Positions 1-8,823 of a DNA stretch of 64,000 nt are shown piece by piece. Origin of the DNA: Candidatus Saccharibacteria bacterium RIFCSPHIGHO2_12_FULL_41_12 (GTDB lineage Bacteria > Patescibacteriota > Saccharimonadia > Saccharimonadales > 2-12-FULL-41-12); assembly GCA_001790445.1 (NCBI GenBank), contig MGCQ01000001.1, positions 187,157 to 251,156 on the forward strand, read 5' to 3'. Under the pieces are notes generated by a model. It was given only the letters and a program-made list of their open reading frames with translations. It was not told the origin of the DNA and did not search any database. Numbering within the stretch: position 1 is the first letter of the stretch; the number at the start of each line of letters is the position of its first letter. Position numbers and translations under genes: made by a program.

Positions 1-316
1 ATGTAAACACTGCCAGTGGCTTACGAAAACGAAATAGTAGTTCGATGGGAACCAGACTGATCAGTACAAATGCTAGCAGACCAAGCCCCACGCTTGCTAA
101 TTGTTTATTAATAAAATGCTCTGTTGAGACGCCCTGACTTGCGGCAAGCCCAGGACTGATTGAATAAACAACTATTAAACCTATCGACAATAACAATAAC
201 GACAAAAAAACTATAGCAAAATCAGGTCGATGACCGCGCGTAGTAGTAAACTGATTATTTATGTAGTTGCCAGTGGCAGGGTTATTACCTATTTTTTGTC
301 TACGTCGCCCACGCAT
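1..316 (-). CDS. ftsW: SEDS-family protein (FtsW/RodA-like), N-terminal part only; the gene runs off the window start
   Basis: Manual minus-strand translation from ATG at 316 gives MRGRRRQKIGNNPATGNYINNQFTTTRGHRPDFAIVFLSLLLLSIGLIVVYSIS... and stays open to position 1. It has a TM helix plus a VVYS-type motif and follows mraY in dcw order. It is absent from the ORF track because it is truncated. Confidence 0.55.
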   Translation of the reverse strand, partial: MRGRRRQKIGNNPATGNYINNQFTTTRGHRPDFAIVFLSLLLLSIGLIVVYSISPGLAASQGVSTEHFINKQLASVGLGLLAFVLISLVPIELLFRFRKPLAVFT

Positions 317-321
317 AGTTA

Positions 322-1368
322 TTACTGCCCGTAAACACCCAAAACATACACCACAAGCCCAGCTAACGCTGCAACTTGTCCAATTACCCAAAAACGCATA
401 GTAACCTTTGTCTCTGGCCATCCAAGCGCTTCAAAATGATGATGAACTGGTGCAATCTTGAATATTTTTTTGCCATTGCGCAGCTTTTTTGAAGCAACTT
501 GGATTATTGTTGACCCCGCTTCGGCGACAAAAACTATGCCAATAATTGGCAATATAAAGACTGTGTTGGTTATTATCGCAATCACGGCCAGCGCCATCCC
601 CAGAGAAAAGCTCCCAACGTCGCCCATAAAAAATCTTGCCGGAAATATATTAAACCACGTATAGCTAAGAAGTGCCCCCAAAATTGTCATGCAAAAGGCT
701 GCAACTCCATATCTCTGATCAACAAAAGCGATTATCGCATAAGCTCCAAAAGCAGAAGAAGCCAATCCGCCAGCCAATCCGTCTAGCCCATCACTAATGT
801 TAACTGCATTTGATGTAGCTACAATCACAAACACAAAAAGCGGAACGACTAACCAGCCCAAAAACAAATCCCCAAAAAACGGAACATTGATACTGTCAAC
901 ATCTAATTTTGTATAAAAATACATACTACACGCCAACGCTATCCCTGTGATTAATCCAAGTTTAAGTTTTGCTGGAAGACCCGCTGCCCCCTTGCCGTTA
1001 CCTCTTAAGTTTATTATGTCATCAATAAGTCCGACTAAACCTGCAGCAAAAAAAGCCACAATCAGTAACCATGTTTGCTCTCTCGACAAATTAGCCAGTA
1101 GAGTTATGAGTGTAACGCTGATAACAAAAACGATCCCGGCCATTGTTGGGATGTTACGTCTATGTTTTGCCGCATGTAATTTGTTAAACATGGTCGCTTT
1201 TTCGCCCGTTACCGATGATTCTCTGGGCTTTTTCCACCACATATATTTATACGCAAGAGTTGTATATATAGGCGTCATAATCATCGTCATTGCAAAACCG
1301 GCAAAGGCAAATGCAAAAATTTCTACAAATCTACTTATTTCGAAGGCGATTGAAAGTGTTTGTGTCAT
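322..1368 (-). CDS. mraY: Phospho-N-acetylmuramoyl-pentapeptide transferase
   Basis: 348 aa polytopic membrane protein with NAVNISDGLDGLA and PVHHHFE motifs; lies in the dcw cluster. Confidence 0.93.
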   Translation of the reverse strand: MTQTLSIAFEISRFVEIFAFAFAGFAMTMIMTPIYTTLAYKYMWWKKPRESSVTGEKATMFNKLHAAKHRRNIPTMAGIVFVISVTLITLLANLSREQTWLLIVAFFAAGLVGLIDDIINLRGNGKGAAGLPAKLKLGLITGIALACSMYFYTKLDVDSINVPFFGDLFLGWLVVPLFVFVIVATSNAVNISDGLDGLAGGLASSAFGAYAIIAFVDQRYGVAAFCMTILGALLSYTWFNIFPARFFMGDVGSFSLGMALAVIAIITNTVFILPIIGIVFVAEAGSTIIQVASKKLRNGKKIFKIAPVHHHFEALGWPETKVTMRFWVIGQVAALAGLVVYVLGVYGQ

Positions 1369-1394
1369 GTTATTCCTATCTTTTATTATATCAC

Positions 1395-3170
1395 TTAATG
1401 AGTTTGCGAAAGCAGACGATTATCCATTATTACATTTGATACTTTATTAAACAATGGTGCGGCGGCTTTTGCCCCAGCGTACCCGATGATAACTGGCTCA
1501 TTAACCCTTACCATAATCACATAATCTGGCTTGTCTATGCCCACATATCCAATAAATGTACCATTAATTTTGCTGTCATCATAATAGCCCCCGCCCGGTT
1601 TGGCAATCTGCGCGGTACCGGTTTTGCCACCAACGAGATAACCATCCCTCTTTAAAAATGTATAGCTCTTATTGACAGCCAGCTCCATAACACTTCTCAG
1701 CTGAGCTCCTGTTTCTGGCTTTATCACATCCTTTGCAAGAACTTTCACTCGATCATCTGTAGCTAATTGATTGTCTCCAACCTGGGCCACAATATGCGGT
1801 TGGTAGTAAGTCCCCCCATTCACAACTGCTGACAGTGCACTTGCCATCTGAAGTTGCGTAATGTTCATACCTTGACCAAAAGACATGTTGGCGTAGGCTA
1901 GATTTAAGCCAAAACCATCTTTCGGATCAGGCACATAACCATCTGCCTCATATCCTTGTTCGACACCTGTTTTATCCCCAAAACGATAATGATTGACTAA
2001 ATAATCATGAAATTTGACTCGCCCTTGCTCATTTAGCTCACCACCCCCCAGTTGTTGCAAAATATATACAGCTCCTGTATTAAGCGAAAAGGTGATTATG
2101 TCGGTTATCGGTCGATTTGCTGGTGTCTGATAACCACTAACATTCCTAACGTCTCTATCGCCAATTTGTATAACTCCGCGGTCATTATATGTCCCGCCCA
2201 AGTTAACAACACCCTCGTTAATACCGGCACTTATTGTTAGAGTCTTCATAATAGAGCCTACTTCAAATGGATCGGCAACGACAGCATTTTGAAACAATTT
2301 TTGGTCTTCCACCTTGTAGTATTCCGCAGGGTTATATGTTGGGAAGTTAGCCATAGCTTTAATGGCCCCAGTATTTGGGTCCATAACTATAACGCTGCCT
2401 GATTTTGAATTAACTGTTGGCAGATAATCTTTTAATATATCTTCGACGTGTTTTTGTAAACCAACATCTAGGGTAAGCAAGATTTTCTTGCCGTCTTTAG
2501 CGTCTTTTAAGACGTTTTCTTTGTTATTGATCAATGGCACGCCTTTTGCATCAGTTACAGCCTTAAGCACGCCAAGCTCGCCTTTTAGGTCACTGTTCAT
2601 GTATTGTTCAATGCCATACTTGCCATTACCCTCTTGATCAACATAACCAAGTGTTTGCGACGCTAGATTGCTGTTTGCATAAGACCGAACAGGCACTACC
2701 CTAAGCCCAACGCCAACGAGCTGAAGATCTTCTATTTGTTTTTTCTTTTTTTCGTTCAAACGTCTCTCTATAACGACGTACCTGGTCTGCGAATTATTTA
2801 TTTTTGTTTTTATATCTTTGGCACTGGCACCAAGAACTTTAGCTAATTTTTCTGCAGTTCTGTCTTTTTCCTTGATGTATTTTGGGTCGACGAACAACGT
2901 ATACGTGTCTTCGTTGAGTACAAAAGGTATGCGACTATTGCCATCGAATGCATCAATAGCCCCACGCCTGGGCAAAATTTGTTGCTCTTTATATTGACCG
3001 GCAAAAGCCCTATCTTTATATGGCTTATGCATAATGACCTGTAAATAAAAAAGCCTGACAATAATCACTAAAAATATGATCACTATCAGATAATAAACCG
3101 CCTCAAACCTACTCTTTTTAAAGATATCTGAATCTTTTAAAAACGGCTTTCGTCTCGGGCTTAAGTTCAT
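1395..3170 (-). CDS. ftsI: Class B penicillin-binding protein / peptidoglycan transpeptidase (FtsI-like)
   Basis: 591 aa with an N-terminal TM anchor. Transpeptidase motifs SxxK (GSIMK), SxN (SLN) and KTG (KTGT) are present. Lies between ftsL and mraY. Confidence 0.9.
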   Translation of the reverse strand: MNLSPRRKPFLKDSDIFKKSRFEAVYYLIVIIFLVIIVRLFYLQVIMHKPYKDRAFAGQYKEQQILPRRGAIDAFDGNSRIPFVLNEDTYTLFVDPKYIKEKDRTAEKLAKVLGASAKDIKTKINNSQTRYVVIERRLNEKKKKQIEDLQLVGVGLRVVPVRSYANSNLASQTLGYVDQEGNGKYGIEQYMNSDLKGELGVLKAVTDAKGVPLINNKENVLKDAKDGKKILLTLDVGLQKHVEDILKDYLPTVNSKSGSVIVMDPNTGAIKAMANFPTYNPAEYYKVEDQKLFQNAVVADPFEVGSIMKTLTISAGINEGVVNLGGTYNDRGVIQIGDRDVRNVSGYQTPANRPITDIITFSLNTGAVYILQQLGGGELNEQGRVKFHDYLVNHYRFGDKTGVEQGYEADGYVPDPKDGFGLNLAYANMSFGQGMNITQLQMASALSAVVNGGTYYQPHIVAQVGDNQLATDDRVKVLAKDVIKPETGAQLRSVMELAVNKSYTFLKRDGYLVGGKTGTAQIAKPGGGYYDDSKINGTFIGYVGIDKPDYVIMVRVNEPVIIGYAGAKAAAPLFNKVSNVIMDNRLLSQTH

Positions 3171-3182
3171 GAATTTATTGCC

Positions 3183-3527
3183 TTAACGAATAGTTTTTGT
3201 AGGAGTAATTGCCACAAGTTTGTTAGCTTCTTCGGAATTTGCCACTCTGTCAAAAGATTGCAATTTTGCTGCAGAAAGTTCGAGCCCGTCATGCTCTTTT
3301 TGAAGTGAAGAATACTCTTTCTTTAAAGAATCTATCTTGTACCCGTTTGCATTAACTTTTGTTACCTGTGATAGATAAAATAGCCCTAAGAGACAACCTA
3401 GCACAAGTAACAATACTGTGTTGGTAATTGGTCCAAGCACTCGAGCCTGTTCCCGAAAACTCACAGCATTTCGATGTCGGCTTTCAAACTGTCTTTTGTT
3501 TGTTGATATGGAACTTGAATATGTCAT
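3183..3527 (-). CDS. ftsL: Cell division protein FtsL-like (single TM plus coiled coil)
   Basis: 114 aa with one TM helix followed by a heptad-like region. Canonical position between rsmH and ftsI. Confidence 0.6.
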   Translation of the reverse strand: MTYSSSISTNKRQFESRHRNAVSFREQARVLGPITNTVLLLVLGCLLGLFYLSQVTKVNANGYKIDSLKKEYSSLQKEHDGLELSAAKLQSFDRVANSEEANKLVAITPTKTIR

Positions 3528-3647
3528 TGATCTCTCTTTTTGTTTTTATTATTTGTGCTTCTTTGCCCCGGCAAGCCGGGGCTGAAGCTTTGGCGTAATC
3601 CTTAGGACACGACTCGCACGTGAACCTTATACGCCCGGGAGGTGCTT

Positions 3648-4565
3648 TTAACCTGAATCGGCATTTATAGCTCCTTCCTTTTGTGTTTTTATTTTCGCTA
3701 CGACTCGCAGTTTTGCGCTACGTGATCGCGGGTTATAAACTAATTCATCTCTAGCTGGTCCAACCACTTTTTTTGTCAAGTTGATACCAGTAGCTTCATA
3801 TTTATTAGCTGAAACTTTCTGAACAAACTTTTTAACAATTCGGTCTTCCAAGCTGTGAAACGATATCACTGCTAGTTTGCCATCTTCTTTTAAAAGATCA
3901 AACCAAAGAGGAAGACTAGACTCAAGTTGATCCAGTTCATTATTGACTTCTATTCTAATAGCCTGAAAAACCAACGTGGCCGGATGGACCTTGCGCCATT
4001 TTTTTGTTCGATTTTTCTTAGCTATAAAGTCAGCTAATTCGAGCGTACTGTTAAATGGACGGTGCATGACTATTTGGTTGCTGAGATACATTGCGCTTGG
4101 CAGTTCACCATAATCCTTTAGGACTTTAGCTAGCTTGTTGGCGCTATACTCATTTACAACCTGGTATGCGGTTAACTTGGATCTTTGATCCATCCGCATG
4201 TCTAGTGGCCCGTCTCGTTTTAACGAAAAACCACGCTCTTTATTGTCAAGGTGCAACGACGACACTCCAAGATCTGCCAAAATCAAATCAAATTGCTCTG
4301 ATTGACTCAGCAAAGCTTCGCTCGCCGATTTAAAGTCCTGCTGCATTATTGTCACATTTTTATGACCTGAGAAGAGTTGTTCTAGCGTATTGATCGCCGC
4401 CATATCTTGGTCGACCAAAACAACATGTGCCTGCTTGCCCACCCGACTAAGCACAGCACCTGCGTGACCGCCGTAGCCGGCCGTCAGATCAAGATAGCTC
4501 TGACCATCTCTTGGATTAAGATAGTCCAACACTTCTCGCAGTAAAACTGGTTTGTGGTGATCCAT
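3648..4565 (-). CDS. rsmH: 16S rRNA (cytosine1402-N4)-methyltransferase
   Basis: 305 aa with HKPVLLREVL at the N-terminus, the DLGVSS motif and a SAM-binding fold. Lies in the dcw cluster. Confidence 0.92.
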   Translation of the reverse strand: MDHHKPVLLREVLDYLNPRDGQSYLDLTAGYGGHAGAVLSRVGKQAHVVLVDQDMAAINTLEQLFSGHKNVTIMQQDFKSASEALLSQSEQFDLILADLGVSSLHLDNKERGFSLKRDGPLDMRMDQRSKLTAYQVVNEYSANKLAKVLKDYGELPSAMYLSNQIVMHRPFNSTLELADFIAKKNRTKKWRKVHPATLVFQAIRIEVNNELDQLESSLPLWFDLLKEDGKLAVISFHSLEDRIVKKFVQKVSANKYEATGINLTKKVVGPARDELVYNPRSRSAKLRVVAKIKTQKEGAINADSG

Positions 4566-4989
4566 TGTTCTCGCTTTTGTTTTTGTTTTTGTTTGTTTCC
4601 TTGCATAGGATAAATCCTACTGAACAAGGTCACCTAATTAGCAGTCAGTTTTTTGTTTTTGTAATAGTTTTTGTTTTTGTTTGTTTTATTTGCCTTTTTA
4701 TCATCGAAAGTTGAACAGATATATCTATTCGGCTTAGAGCCGAAAACTATTCAAAGCTAATTTCTCGATGTACGAGCAAATAAGAGACTTATGTGAGGTG
4801 GAGTTTTGGGAGGTGTTTATATATAAAGAACTAGGGTTTTTAAGTGGTTATCCCTTTAAAGACGAATCTTCCACTTACTGACTGCCAAATAGCTAACCTT
4901 GTTGCCCTTATCTTCCTTGTCGATAAGAGTAATTTGCTATTGTTTGTTAAAGAACTTGCCTGCCCTGTGCCTGATAGATCAGAATATTT

Positions 4990-5364
4990 CTAATCCTTTG
5001 CACTCTCTGCAGCTATCAATCTCCAGTATTGACCAACACCGACGGCGACTACATCTTTGTCTATCCCAGCATAATCAATTTGATGCTGTTCTAGGATGAT
5101 CCGCCCCTGTTTTTCGTCAATGACCGTTTCTACCTTGCCAGTACGAAACTTAACATTGAGATCAGCAATGCGCTCATCTAAGATGTCTCCATCTAGTTTT
5201 GGCTCTACCATTGAGTCCCAGACTTCTTTGGGGTACAAATGAAGATATTTTCCAAACCCTCTTGTCACTACTACCCCATTTTTAAACACACCACGAATCT
5301 CAGAAGGTATAGTTAACCTTCTCTTGTCGTCGAGTTTGCGCTCAAAGTAGTCTAGTGTTGACAT
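4990..5364 (-). CDS. mraZ: Transcriptional regulator MraZ
   Basis: 124 aa with two SpoVT/AbrB-like halves (DDKRRLTIPS ... DEKQGRIILEQ). First gene of the dcw cluster. SD GAGAGG lies upstream. Confidence 0.9.
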   Translation of the reverse strand: MSTLDYFERKLDDKRRLTIPSEIRGVFKNGVVVTRGFGKYLHLYPKEVWDSMVEPKLDGDILDERIADLNVKFRTGKVETVIDEKQGRIILEQHQIDYAGIDKDVVAVGVGQYWRLIAAESAKD

Positions 5365-5435
5365 TTGTACCTCTCATATTTTTTAGTGGTTTTTTGTTTT
5401 TGTTATCGGCTAGACTGTTTTGGTCTTACCTACTG

Positions 5436-5474
5436 CTACCCACTTATTAGAGTTTACTACCCACCCATACCCAT
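5436..5474 (-). promoter_or_regulatory. Candidate MraZ operator: three direct (G/A)TGGGTA repeats upstream of mraZ
   Basis: The minus strand reads ATGGGTA (5474-5468), GTGGGTAG (5464-5457) and GTGGGTAG (5443-5436). Spacings are about 10-11 and 21 nt, and the boxes lie 72-110 nt upstream of the mraZ ATG. This resembles the known GTGGG-type MraZ boxes. Confidence 0.45.
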
Positions 5475-5626
5475 TTGCAAGTGTTTTATCCCTGTTTTCA
5501 TCAGAAAGGTCCAAGGTTATCCACAGTTTTGAAGAGCACGCTATATATGGGGTACGTATACATTTCTGAACACAAAATACATGATCTGCCAAATTATATA
5601 AAATATTTTACATTCATTTAGAAAAA

Positions 5627-6016
5627 CCATTTCGATTAAAGCCCCTCAGACTTTTATCACCATACTTTCTTGTGCAAACAAGAAAGTATGCAAAGAAATA
5701 GCAGGCTATTGAAGTAACATGATTGAAATATCTATTCAGGGGCCTGAAACAAAGCAGTCTAAAGTCATAATTAATAATATTTCCAAAGGAAATATACAAG
5801 GGAAGCTTGGGTCAGGCCTTGAGCAGACCTGAGAGATTTCGTCGAGATTACAACTAACAGCTGAGGACTGTTTGAACGACCAAAGGGAGAGAGTTCCGGA
5901 AGCTGTTGTAATCCTCGACAAGAAATCACTTCAAGTCTGTTCAACAGCCTGTCGGTTTTTGGGTTCCGTTTTGCCGATTCAAAATGGAACAAAAGTAGGC
6001 TTGCTTGCAAGCCTAC
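5627..6016 (-). repeat. Family-1 composite structured intergenic element, copy A (short form)
   Basis: Modules present: outer hairpin 5627-5660; HP1 perfect 13-bp hairpin 5661-5690; core long helix arms 5841-5854 / 5905-5919; GC hairpin 5995-6016. The strand given is the one reading GC-hairpin -> core -> HP1. Confidence 0.8.
5981..6016 (-). terminator. Intrinsic terminator-like hairpin downstream of pyrF (this is the GC-hairpin module of family-1 copy A)
   Basis: Minus strand reads GUAGGCUUGCAAGCAAGCCUAC followed by UUUUGUUCCAUUUUG, 23 nt after the pyrF stop. Confidence 0.55.
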
Positions 6017-6039
6017 TATTAAGTGATTGGTGGACTCTA

Positions 6040-6834
6040 CTAACGATATTGGTTGATTTCGTCGCGGAGTGCTTTCGCTGCCTTGGCTGGGTCTTCTGAA
6101 AAAATAATACCTCTTGCAGAGTTGATCATCAGACCTTTGCCTGACTTATCAAGCCCAGATCTGACGGCATCACCAACATCACCGCCTTGCGCACCAACAC
6201 CAGGCACTAAAAACGTCACCCCTGGAGTAATCTCTCTTATACGTTTCATTTCCTCAGGATAAGTTGCCCCAACAACTAGCATACAATTGCTATTCTTGTT
6301 CCATTCGTTTGCTACTTTTTCGGCCACAATCTCCCAGATTGTCTGACCATCTACCACGAGATCTTGGAACTCACCTGCGCCACTGTTAGAAGTTCGACAC
6401 AGTATTATCGAAACCTTGTCTTTTCTATCCAAAAACGGCTTTAACGCTTCACTGCCTAAATATGGATGGAGGGTAATCGAATCAAAGCCAAGCCAATCAA
6501 AAATGAACTTCGCATAGCCATTGTTGGTATTGCCGATATCAGCTCTTTTGGCATCACAAGAAGTAAATATATCCGGATATTGTTCAATCAGAAAATCCAT
6601 GGTCATTTTTAGCTCATGGATTCCTTGCTCCCCCCGAGCTTCATAAAAAGCAATGTTAGGTTTAAAGGCGGCCGCATACTCAGCGGTTTGCTCTATAATC
6701 CATCTGTTAAATTCAAATTGCGGAAACTTTTTTTGTTTGAATTTTGTGGGTAATTTGTCAAAATCAGGATCAAGCCCTACACAAAGAAGCGAATTTATGG
6801 CGTCGACTCTTTGGTTATACTTATCAATTAACAT
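6040..6834 (-). CDS. pyrF: Orotidine 5'-phosphate decarboxylase (type 2)
   Basis: 264 aa with VGLDP and DAKRADIGNT motifs. Overlaps pyrE by 11 nt. Confidence 0.9.
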   Translation of the reverse strand: MLIDKYNQRVDAINSLLCVGLDPDFDKLPTKFKQKKFPQFEFNRWIIEQTAEYAAAFKPNIAFYEARGEQGIHELKMTMDFLIEQYPDIFTSCDAKRADIGNTNNGYAKFIFDWLGFDSITLHPYLGSEALKPFLDRKDKVSIILCRTSNSGAGEFQDLVVDGQTIWEIVAEKVANEWNKNSNCMLVVGATYPEEMKRIREITPGVTFLVPGVGAQGGDVGDAVRSGLDKSGKGLMINSARGIIFSEDPAKAAKALRDEINQYR

Positions 6835-7462
6835 TTTTCGCTTCCATGTATTTACGGCCGTGTCCTATCTGTTGATTAACTGGTATACTCTCTTTGCACA
6901 TGGGACAATTTGACTCTTCGTATACTTCAACTATAAACTCCCCTAGTGCATAAAAAGGTACTCCAAAATATTCAGATGTCACCTCTGATGGGTTACGATT
7001 AACCAATACAACGACACCGACGACTTCACCGCCAGCTAGCCTAACTGCGTCTAAGACACTTTTTGCGCTTCCTCCTGTAGAGGTGACGTCCTCGACAATT
7101 AAGACTTTTTTTCCATTTACAAATTTGTCATAGCCACGAGTAAAAATTTGGTCTTCATCCTTATTTTTTTCAGTGTAAACACCGTAAATCTCTTTGCCCC
7201 CTTGTTTCGATGCGTGCCAAGCGGTCCACTGCGACAAGATTATTCCGCCAAGAGCCGGACCAACAACTACGTCGTAGTCCAAATCTTGTGTCTTATCGAC
7301 GAAAGCAATGCAAGCCTGGGACGTCAAGTCTGTATGTGGGTACAAGGCATCTTTATTGATATATTTACTGGCGTGCTTGCCCGATTTTAGGACAAAATGA
7401 TCATCTATAATTACTCCACCTACTGATTCGAGCACCTTGATAATATCAAAACTCATAGTCAC
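6824..7462 (-). CDS. pyrE: Orotate phosphoribosyltransferase
   Basis: 212 aa with the PRPP-binding loop VLIVEDVTSTGGS. Adjacent to pyrF. Confidence 0.85.
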   Translation of the reverse strand: MTMSFDIIKVLESVGGVIIDDHFVLKSGKHASKYINKDALYPHTDLTSQACIAFVDKTQDLDYDVVVGPALGGIILSQWTAWHASKQGGKEIYGVYTEKNKDEDQIFTRGYDKFVNGKKVLIVEDVTSTGGSAKSVLDAVRLAGGEVVGVVVLVNRNPSEVTSEYFGVPFYALGEFIVEVYEESNCPMCKESIPVNQQIGHGRKYMEAKNVN

Positions 7463-7509
7463 CTCTTCTATTTACACAATATTTTACTACTGAAAGTAGA
7501 TTTTAGCAA

Positions 7510-8052
7510 TCAAAATGTGTGCTTGATAATATGGTCAACCCTATCTTCTACACTCATAACAGGGATTTTTTTGACATTCATGCCGTATTTTTTATATGCC
7601 TGTTCTGTAAGCCTATGTAATTCTTCTGCTTCTGCCTTATCTTCTATTCTTGCATAATCTGTCTGGTAGTAATCGTCTAGCATATCGAGCAACAACACCT
7701 TATCATAAATATATTTTCGAAGTATACTATCAATTTCTGTGGTCATGTCTATTCTGTCAGCTTTGAAATAAGCCCAAGCATCGTGCATACCCCTGTCGAC
7801 AAAGACAATTTTACTACTATCTAAACTATCGAACCATTGCACCTCATTTTGAATCTTTTTTTCGATAATTGCCATCTGGAATTGCAAATTATCGCCTCTT
7901 ATTTCGTCAATTGTCATTCCCTTTGATAAACCTTCGTCTATCACCTGTCGTGCAGCCTCGTGGACTACAGTATGCCCACGTCTTTGGAGTTCATCAATAA
8001 CAGCAGTTTTACCTGTACCAGGACCTCCAATTATAGCAATAACTCTACTCAT
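7510..8052 (-). CDS. P-loop ATPase/kinase (AAA_28, NadR-like)
   Basis: 180 aa with Walker A GGPGTGKT and a size and pattern typical of AAA_28 small kinases. Confidence 0.55.
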   Translation of the reverse strand: MSRVIAIIGGPGTGKTAVIDELQRRGHTVVHEAARQVIDEGLSKGMTIDEIRGDNLQFQMAIIEKKIQNEVQWFDSLDSSKIVFVDRGMHDAWAYFKADRIDMTTEIDSILRKYIYDKVLLLDMLDDYYQTDYARIEDKAEAEELHRLTEQAYKKYGMNVKKIPVMSVEDRVDHIIKHTF

Positions 8053-8123
8053 AATATTATTTATACCATATAATGAAAATTTACAGAATACTTATTATGT
8101 GTTATTATACTTAAATAATTATT

Positions 8124-8810
8124 ATGAGCTCGGGAAATATATCACCAGAAAGAAAACCTATCCTAATATCTGATATTGATGCATTTCTGATTGACCCAAG
8201 AGAAATAAATGCACATTGGCTCCCTGGTGAGCCAAGATATCTTGACCTACCTGCTGACGAAAGCGCGATGGCAGAAGTCTATGGCATGAATTTACATGAA
8301 TTTTATAGAAAAAAAGATAAGTTTTTGAACTCCAGTGAAGCGATCCTCATACCACCGATTAAAGATTCTCCAGAGGTATTAGGTCTAGTAGCCATTCGAT
8401 TCGAAATAATTTTTGCAAGTGCAAGAGTACCTAATGTACACGAAAGCACTCTTGCCTGGCTAGAAGAACACTATGGTAACGCTGTCGGTAACCTGCAAGA
8501 AGAATTGAAACTTTTTACAATCGGTAGCGAAAAAACACATTATCTAGATTCTAAAGAAGCTATTTACAGAGCCTTTGGTGCGGAAGCGATGGCAGACGAC
8601 AAAAGACAACACCACATAGAAGCAAGAAATGCCGGTGTATCAACAAGGATATACTATCAGGACTCTAGGCTCGGTGGTGAGTCAAGAAGCGGGGCGACGC
8701 CTGAAGGCTCACATCTAGCTACAAATTTTCAGGAAGTTAAAACAATAATTTTGCCCCCTGATTACTCAAACGGAGACGATACGCCAAAAGTCACGTCTGC
8801 AGATCTTTAA
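8124..8810 (+). CDS. Hypothetical protein (possible HAD/nucleotidase-like fold)
   Basis: 228-aa ORF with good coding look. SDIDAFL near the N-terminus weakly resembles HAD motif I. No firm family recognised. Confidence 0.4.
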   Translation: MSSGNISPERKPILISDIDAFLIDPREINAHWLPGEPRYLDLPADESAMAEVYGMNLHEFYRKKDKFLNSSEAILIPPIKDSPEVLGLVAIRFEIIFASARVPNVHESTLAWLEEHYGNAVGNLQEELKLFTIGSEKTHYLDSKEAIYRAFGAEAMADDKRQHHIEARNAGVSTRIYYQDSRLGGESRSGATPEGSHLATNFQEVKTIILPPDYSNGDDTPKVTSADL

Positions 8811-8823
8811 TTAATCTTGGGTT

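Noticed and set aside
947-1450. Numerous plus-strand ORFs of 60-177 aa lie antisense to long minus-strand genes. Examples are 947-1450, 23473-23880, 36393-36839, 63149-63682 and 39987-40322.
   Set aside because: They are fully embedded in confidently identified genes on the opposite strand. They have low-complexity or Leu/Ser/Phe-rich composition typical of shadow frames, and they lack start-site signals.
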